Assembly: GCA_004212155.1 (NCBI GenBank)
Contig: RXIG01000001.1
Span: forward strand, 128,677 to 192,676
From: an archaeon
GTDB lineage: Archaea > Methanobacteriota_B > Thermococci > Methanofastidiosales > NM3
Direction of reading: 5' to 3'
DNA: 64,000 nt
Position numbers and translations under genes: made by a program
Notes under the pieces: generated by a model
Seen by the model: only the letters and a program-made list of their open reading frames with translations
Told to the model about the DNA's origin: nothing
Database searches by the model: none
In this document: positions 60,211 to 64,000 of the stretch, piece by piece
Numbering within the stretch: the first letter of the stretch is position 1
How the letters are laid out: each line of letters starts with the position of its first letter

Positions 60211-60996
60211 TCATACGTCTTCATTGAACTGATGGCGTTCGTTGAAAAAGACCCTGCTCTCGAGGTAGAGTATCATATAGGCCACGAGGGCGTTGCTGCT
60301 CACGATGGCCATCATGATGGCGATCTGGTACCGGATGGCCGTCATGGGTGCAGTGCCTGAAAGGATCTGTCCCGTCATCATGCCCGGAAGCGTCACGATG
60401 CCCATCGCCGTCATCGTGATCAATTGTGGGAGGAAGGCGGCACGAAATGCCTCGCTGAAGTAGCGTTCAGTCGCCTCAGAGGCCGTGGCGCCAAGCGAGA
60501 GCATCGTGAGGATACGCATGCGCTCTTTTTGCAGAGATGAGTAGAACCGCTCGAACGCCAGCGCACAACCGTTCATGCCGTTGCCTATGATCATGCCCGC
60601 AATGGGGATCATGTAGCGCGGATCGTACCAGGGGTCCTGCCCTACGATGACAACTACGAAAAGCGCCAGGACGCTTCCAGCACCGATGGCGATCGATGCA
60701 ACGATGTTCCTCTGGAGATGTGCGCTCCTTACGTTGAGGCGAGAGAAGACGATGCGTGATGCCATGCCGAACAGGAAGACGAGTATGCCAACTACGATAT
60801 ACCATGCATCGATTTCAAAGACGACCTCAAGCACGATTCCCGCTCCAACGAGCTGTAGGGACATGCGTACCACCGATATGGCTATCTGTCTGTTGATGGA
60901 CAGGTGCTTGATGCGTGCAAGCAGTATCACGCTCCCCATGAGGCCGTAGGCTATGATGAGGCCCAGGATTGATATGTCAACGATCTCCTCCGCTAT
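60211..60996 (-). CDS. fetB: FetB/UPF0014 ABC permease (start uncertain)
   Basis: IPIAGMIIGN.M, LSLGAT, GIVTLPGMMTGQILSG..P..AIRYQI. Confidence 0.88.
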   Translation of the reverse strand: MAEEIVDISILGLIIAYGLMGSVILLARIKHLSINRQIAISVVRMSLQLVGAGIVLEVVFEIDAWYIVVGILVFLFGMASRIVFSRLNVRSAHLQRNIVASIAIGAGSVLALFVVVIVGQDPWYDPRYMIPIAGMIIGNGMNGCALAFERFYSSLQKERMRILTMLSLGATASEATERYFSEAFRAAFLPQLITMTAMGIVTLPGMMTGQILSGTAPMTAIRYQIAIMMAIVSSNALVAYMILYLESRVFFNERHQFNEDV

Positions 60997-61724
60997 GGCG
61001 ATCCCCCCAGGAAATCTTCGATATCGACCTCTCCGTTCGAGTCGGCGCTCGAGACGAGTCGCCCTCCCATCATCGCATATATTGTCGATGCACGCTGGAC
61101 CATCTGGCGTGAATGTGTCACGCATACGACTGTTCGCTCTTTTGCCTCATTGACTATAAGGTCGACGATGTGGTCTTCCGTTCGCCTGTCGAGGGCTGAT
61201 GTCGGTTCGTCGAGAAGGAGCACATCAGGTTGGAGTAGGAGGGTCCGTGCCAGGCACAGGCGTTGTTTCTCGCCTCCCGATAGCGTTGAGACGTCCTTGC
61301 CCATCACCCAGGCGGGCAGCTTGCAGAGTGCAAGTGCCTTTTGCATGTCGTCATCTGAGGGCGTTTTCGGTTCATTGGCCGAGAACTCGAAAGGAAGGAG
61401 CATGTTCGTGCGTCCGTCCCCCTGTATGAGCAACGGTTCCTGGAAGAGCAGCGCCACGCTCGACCGGTAGGTAGGCATGTCAAGCTCGAGGATGTCGGTC
61501 CCCTTGTAGGCAACCGTGCCACTCGTTGGCGAAAGAAGGCCGTTTATCAGCATGAGAAGTGTCGTCTTGCCCGATCCCGACGGACCGACGATGGCCGTGA
61601 GCGTGTGCTTGTGTATCGACATGGAGATGTCCTCTACAATGGCCTTTCCATTCGCCTGGTAGCTCACGGCATCCGTCGTGATCAATGGGGGCTGTGACGT
61701 CACGATGTTACTCTTGCACATCAA
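60993..61724 (-). CDS. fetA: ABC transporter ATP-binding protein (FetA-like)
   Basis: GPSGSGKT, LSGGEKQR, LLDEPTSALD. Confidence 0.88.
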   Translation of the reverse strand: MMCKSNIVTSQPPLITTDAVSYQANGKAIVEDISMSIHKHTLTAIVGPSGSGKTTLLMLINGLLSPTSGTVAYKGTDILELDMPTYRSSVALLFQEPLLIQGDGRTNMLLPFEFSANEPKTPSDDDMQKALALCKLPAWVMGKDVSTLSGGEKQRLCLARTLLLQPDVLLLDEPTSALDRRTEDHIVDLIVNEAKERTVVCVTHSRQMVQRASTIYAMMGGRLVSSADSNGEVDIEDFLGGSP

Positions 61725-61787
61725 TTAAAATAGTTGGTCCTGGCGCGATGGGTATGTTTTTTAAACGGAGTGGACACATCACACTAT

Positions 61788-63572
61788 ATGATACTCGTAC
61801 CTGATACCTCGGTCATAGTCGATGGAAGATTCTATTCTTACGTCACGTCAAATGAGGTGCAAGAGATCGTTGTCCCCGAGGCGGTGGTCGCAGAGATAGA
61901 GCATCAGGCAAATCTTGGGAAGTCGTCCGGGGAATCGGGCCTCAAGGAGCTCCTCTCGCTGCGCCGATATGCCGATACGAACAACATCATCCTCACGTTC
62001 CATGGACGGAGACCATCGATGTCGGATATCCGCTATGCCAAAGAGGGTGAGATGGACGAACTGGTGCGGGTGGTGGCGGCAGACTTCAACGCGATACTGG
62101 TCACCGGTGACAAGGTGCAGGCGCATGTGGCCCAGTCCAAGGGCATCGATACGGTCTATCTCGAACCATATTCGATCACTGATATGCGCATCGAGGACTT
62201 CTTCGATGCAGAGACGATGTCGGTGCATCTCAAGGCTGGCCTTCATGTCTACGTCAAGAAGGGTCGCCCGGGCGCTATCGTGTTCGAGAAGCAGGAACGG
62301 GTGCTTGACGAAAACGAGCTCGAGGAGATATCGATCGATATCATCGAGCGAGCGAAGAACACGCGCGATTGCTTCATCGAGATGGACGAACCGGGCGCGA
62401 CCGTCGTTCAGCTCAAGGAATACCGCATCGCCATCACGAAGCCCCCCTTCTCCGACCGCTACGAGATCACCGCTGTGCATCCTGTGAAGAAGGTGTCCCT
62501 CGACGAATATGCCCTGTCCTCCAAGCTCAAGGACCGGCTAGCGGTAGCAGAGGGCATCCTCGTCTCCGGGGCCCCGGGGGCTGGGAAGTCGACGTTCGTA
62601 CAGGCAATAGCGGAGTATTACAACTCCCAGGGAAAGATCGTCAAGACGATGGAAAAACCCCGCGACCTCCAGGTGTCAGACGAGATCACGCAGTATACGG
62701 CCCTTTCTGGCGACATGGCAAAGACCGGCGACATCCTCCTTCTCGTGCGTCCCGACTTCACGATCTTTGACGAGATGAGAAAGACCAATGACTTCTTCAC
62801 GTTCTCCGACCTCCGTCTTGCCGGTGTCGGCATGATAGGCGTCGTGCATGCAACGCGCACCATCGATGCCATCCAGCGATTCATTGGCCGCATCGAGCTT
62901 GGCATGATCCCCCAGATCGTCGATACGGTCATCCACATCGCAGGCGGCGAGGTCCAGGAGATATACCTCCTCGAGTTCAAGGTCAAGCCGCCATCGGGTA
63001 TGGCAGAGGCCGACCTAGCGCGCCCGGTCATCGAGGTCTACAACTTCGAGACACAGCAGCTCCAGTTCGAGATCTACACGTTCGGTGAACAGGTCGTCGT
63101 GATGGAGGTGGCAAAAAGACGCCCCTCGCACGTCGACCGCGGAGCAATACGGTCGCTTGAGAACGAGATCCGCCGACTCGTGCCCGATGCCGAGGTCCAT
63201 ATCGAGATGGCCGGTAACCGTGCCAAGGTCTATGCAGATCCCATGGACGTGCCATACATCATCGGCAAGCGGGGCAAGATCGTCACGCGTCTTGAGAGCA
63301 AGCTCGGGATGAAGATCGACGTCATCGAGGACGAGAACGTCGCGCCCTCGGAGGTCGAGGTGAACGCGAAGGTGCAAAAGAAGTACGTCCATCTTACCGT
63401 GGACAAGCGCTTTGCAGGCTCGGACCTTCGGTTCATGGCCGACGGCGAGGAGCTCTTCACGGCGACCGTTGGCAAGAAAGGGATCCTCAAGATAGAGAAG
63501 AAGAGCGAACTTGGCTTGCATATCGCAGATCAGCTCAAAAAGAAAAAATTTATATATGCTCTTCCTGTTTGA
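61788..63572 (+). CDS. PINA: PIN-domain P-loop ATPase with KH domain
   Basis: VPDTS..VDG PIN, GAPGAGKST, DEMR, C-terminal IIGKRG KH motif. Confidence 0.92.
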   Translation: MILVPDTSVIVDGRFYSYVTSNEVQEIVVPEAVVAEIEHQANLGKSSGESGLKELLSLRRYADTNNIILTFHGRRPSMSDIRYAKEGEMDELVRVVAADFNAILVTGDKVQAHVAQSKGIDTVYLEPYSITDMRIEDFFDAETMSVHLKAGLHVYVKKGRPGAIVFEKQERVLDENELEEISIDIIERAKNTRDCFIEMDEPGATVVQLKEYRIAITKPPFSDRYEITAVHPVKKVSLDEYALSSKLKDRLAVAEGILVSGAPGAGKSTFVQAIAEYYNSQGKIVKTMEKPRDLQVSDEITQYTALSGDMAKTGDILLLVRPDFTIFDEMRKTNDFFTFSDLRLAGVGMIGVVHATRTIDAIQRFIGRIELGMIPQIVDTVIHIAGGEVQEIYLLEFKVKPPSGMAEADLARPVIEVYNFETQQLQFEIYTFGEQVVVMEVAKRRPSHVDRGAIRSLENEIRRLVPDAEVHIEMAGNRAKVYADPMDVPYIIGKRGKIVTRLESKLGMKIDVIEDENVAPSEVEVNAKVQKKYVHLTVDKRFAGSDLRFMADGEELFTATVGKKGILKIEKKSELGLHIADQLKKKKFIYALPV

Positions 63573-63580
63573 GTGCTGAT

Positions 63581-63654
63581 GGGCCCGTAGCCTAGCTGGA
63601 TAGGGCGACAGCCTCCTAAGCTGTAGATCGTGGGTTCGAATCCCACCGGGTCCG
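63581..63654 (+). tRNA. tRNA-Arg(CCT)
   Basis: GGGCCCG/CGGGTCC acceptor stem, anticodon loop CTCCTAA, GGTTCGAATCC. Confidence 0.95.
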
Positions 63655-63660
63655 CTCTTC

Positions 63661-63807
63661 TCATTCCTCTACTATCTGCAGTTCGTCAGGGGCAATGATC
63701 GCACCGCAGCAGGGGCAGTAGACATTGCCGTTCTTGTCGGTGCGCAGGTCATCGGTACTTGCCGCCTTCCATTCACATCCGCATACTGGGCATCGATATA
63801 AGGTCAT
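63661..63807 (-). CDS. 48-aa CPxCG zinc-ribbon microprotein
   Basis: Manual translation MTLYRCPVCGCEWKAASTDDLRTDKNGNVYCPCCGAIIAPDELQIVEE; not in the ORF track. Confidence 0.7.
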   Translation of the reverse strand: MTLYRCPVCGCEWKAASTDDLRTDKNGNVYCPCCGAIIAPDELQIVEE

Positions 63808-64000
63808 GGGATCGTGTGTATGTCTGCATTGCGCTTTAAGACAGTATCGATTATAAGGATTATTATATATTTTATATATTTTTATTATAAATATATATTA
63901 TAATTCAATAATATTTATATATCTCTATTTTTACATACGAGATTGTCACCCTCCCATGTGGAGGTGTGGGTGAACGACATGAACGAAGAAACATACGAAT

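Overview
Gene-dense window of an archaeal chromosome, most likely an anaerobic euryarchaeote of the Thermococci/Methanofastidiosa neighbourhood. This is inferred from the rpl12-rpl10-rpl1-rpl11-spt5-secE-ftsZ-dtdA order, the gins23-mcm operon, class I LysRS, Nep1, CofC and PINA. It holds about 65 CDSs (partial his operon, Sm/L37e, GlmS, IscS/IscU, Nre, transporters) and three tRNAs (Ala-GGC, Arg-GCG, Arg-CCT). No rRNA, CRISPR array or intact mobile element was seen. The main signals beyond gene content are: (1) two ArsR-associated redox/arsenic-type loci 9 kb apart, one on an AT-rich island, sharing a palindromic operator; (2) two near-identical ORB (Orc1/Cdc6 box) sequences, one in the gins-mcm promoter region and one between convergent genes, with no cdc6 in the window; (3) an RNase P Rpp21 fused to a lipoate-ligase C-terminal domain; (4) a long, switch-like structured his leader with two His-containing uORFs; (5) a highly divergent ATP-PEPCK; (6) the L1 autoregulatory RNA site inside rpl1. 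All assignments are by motif recognition by eye, no searches were run, and start codons are best estimates.
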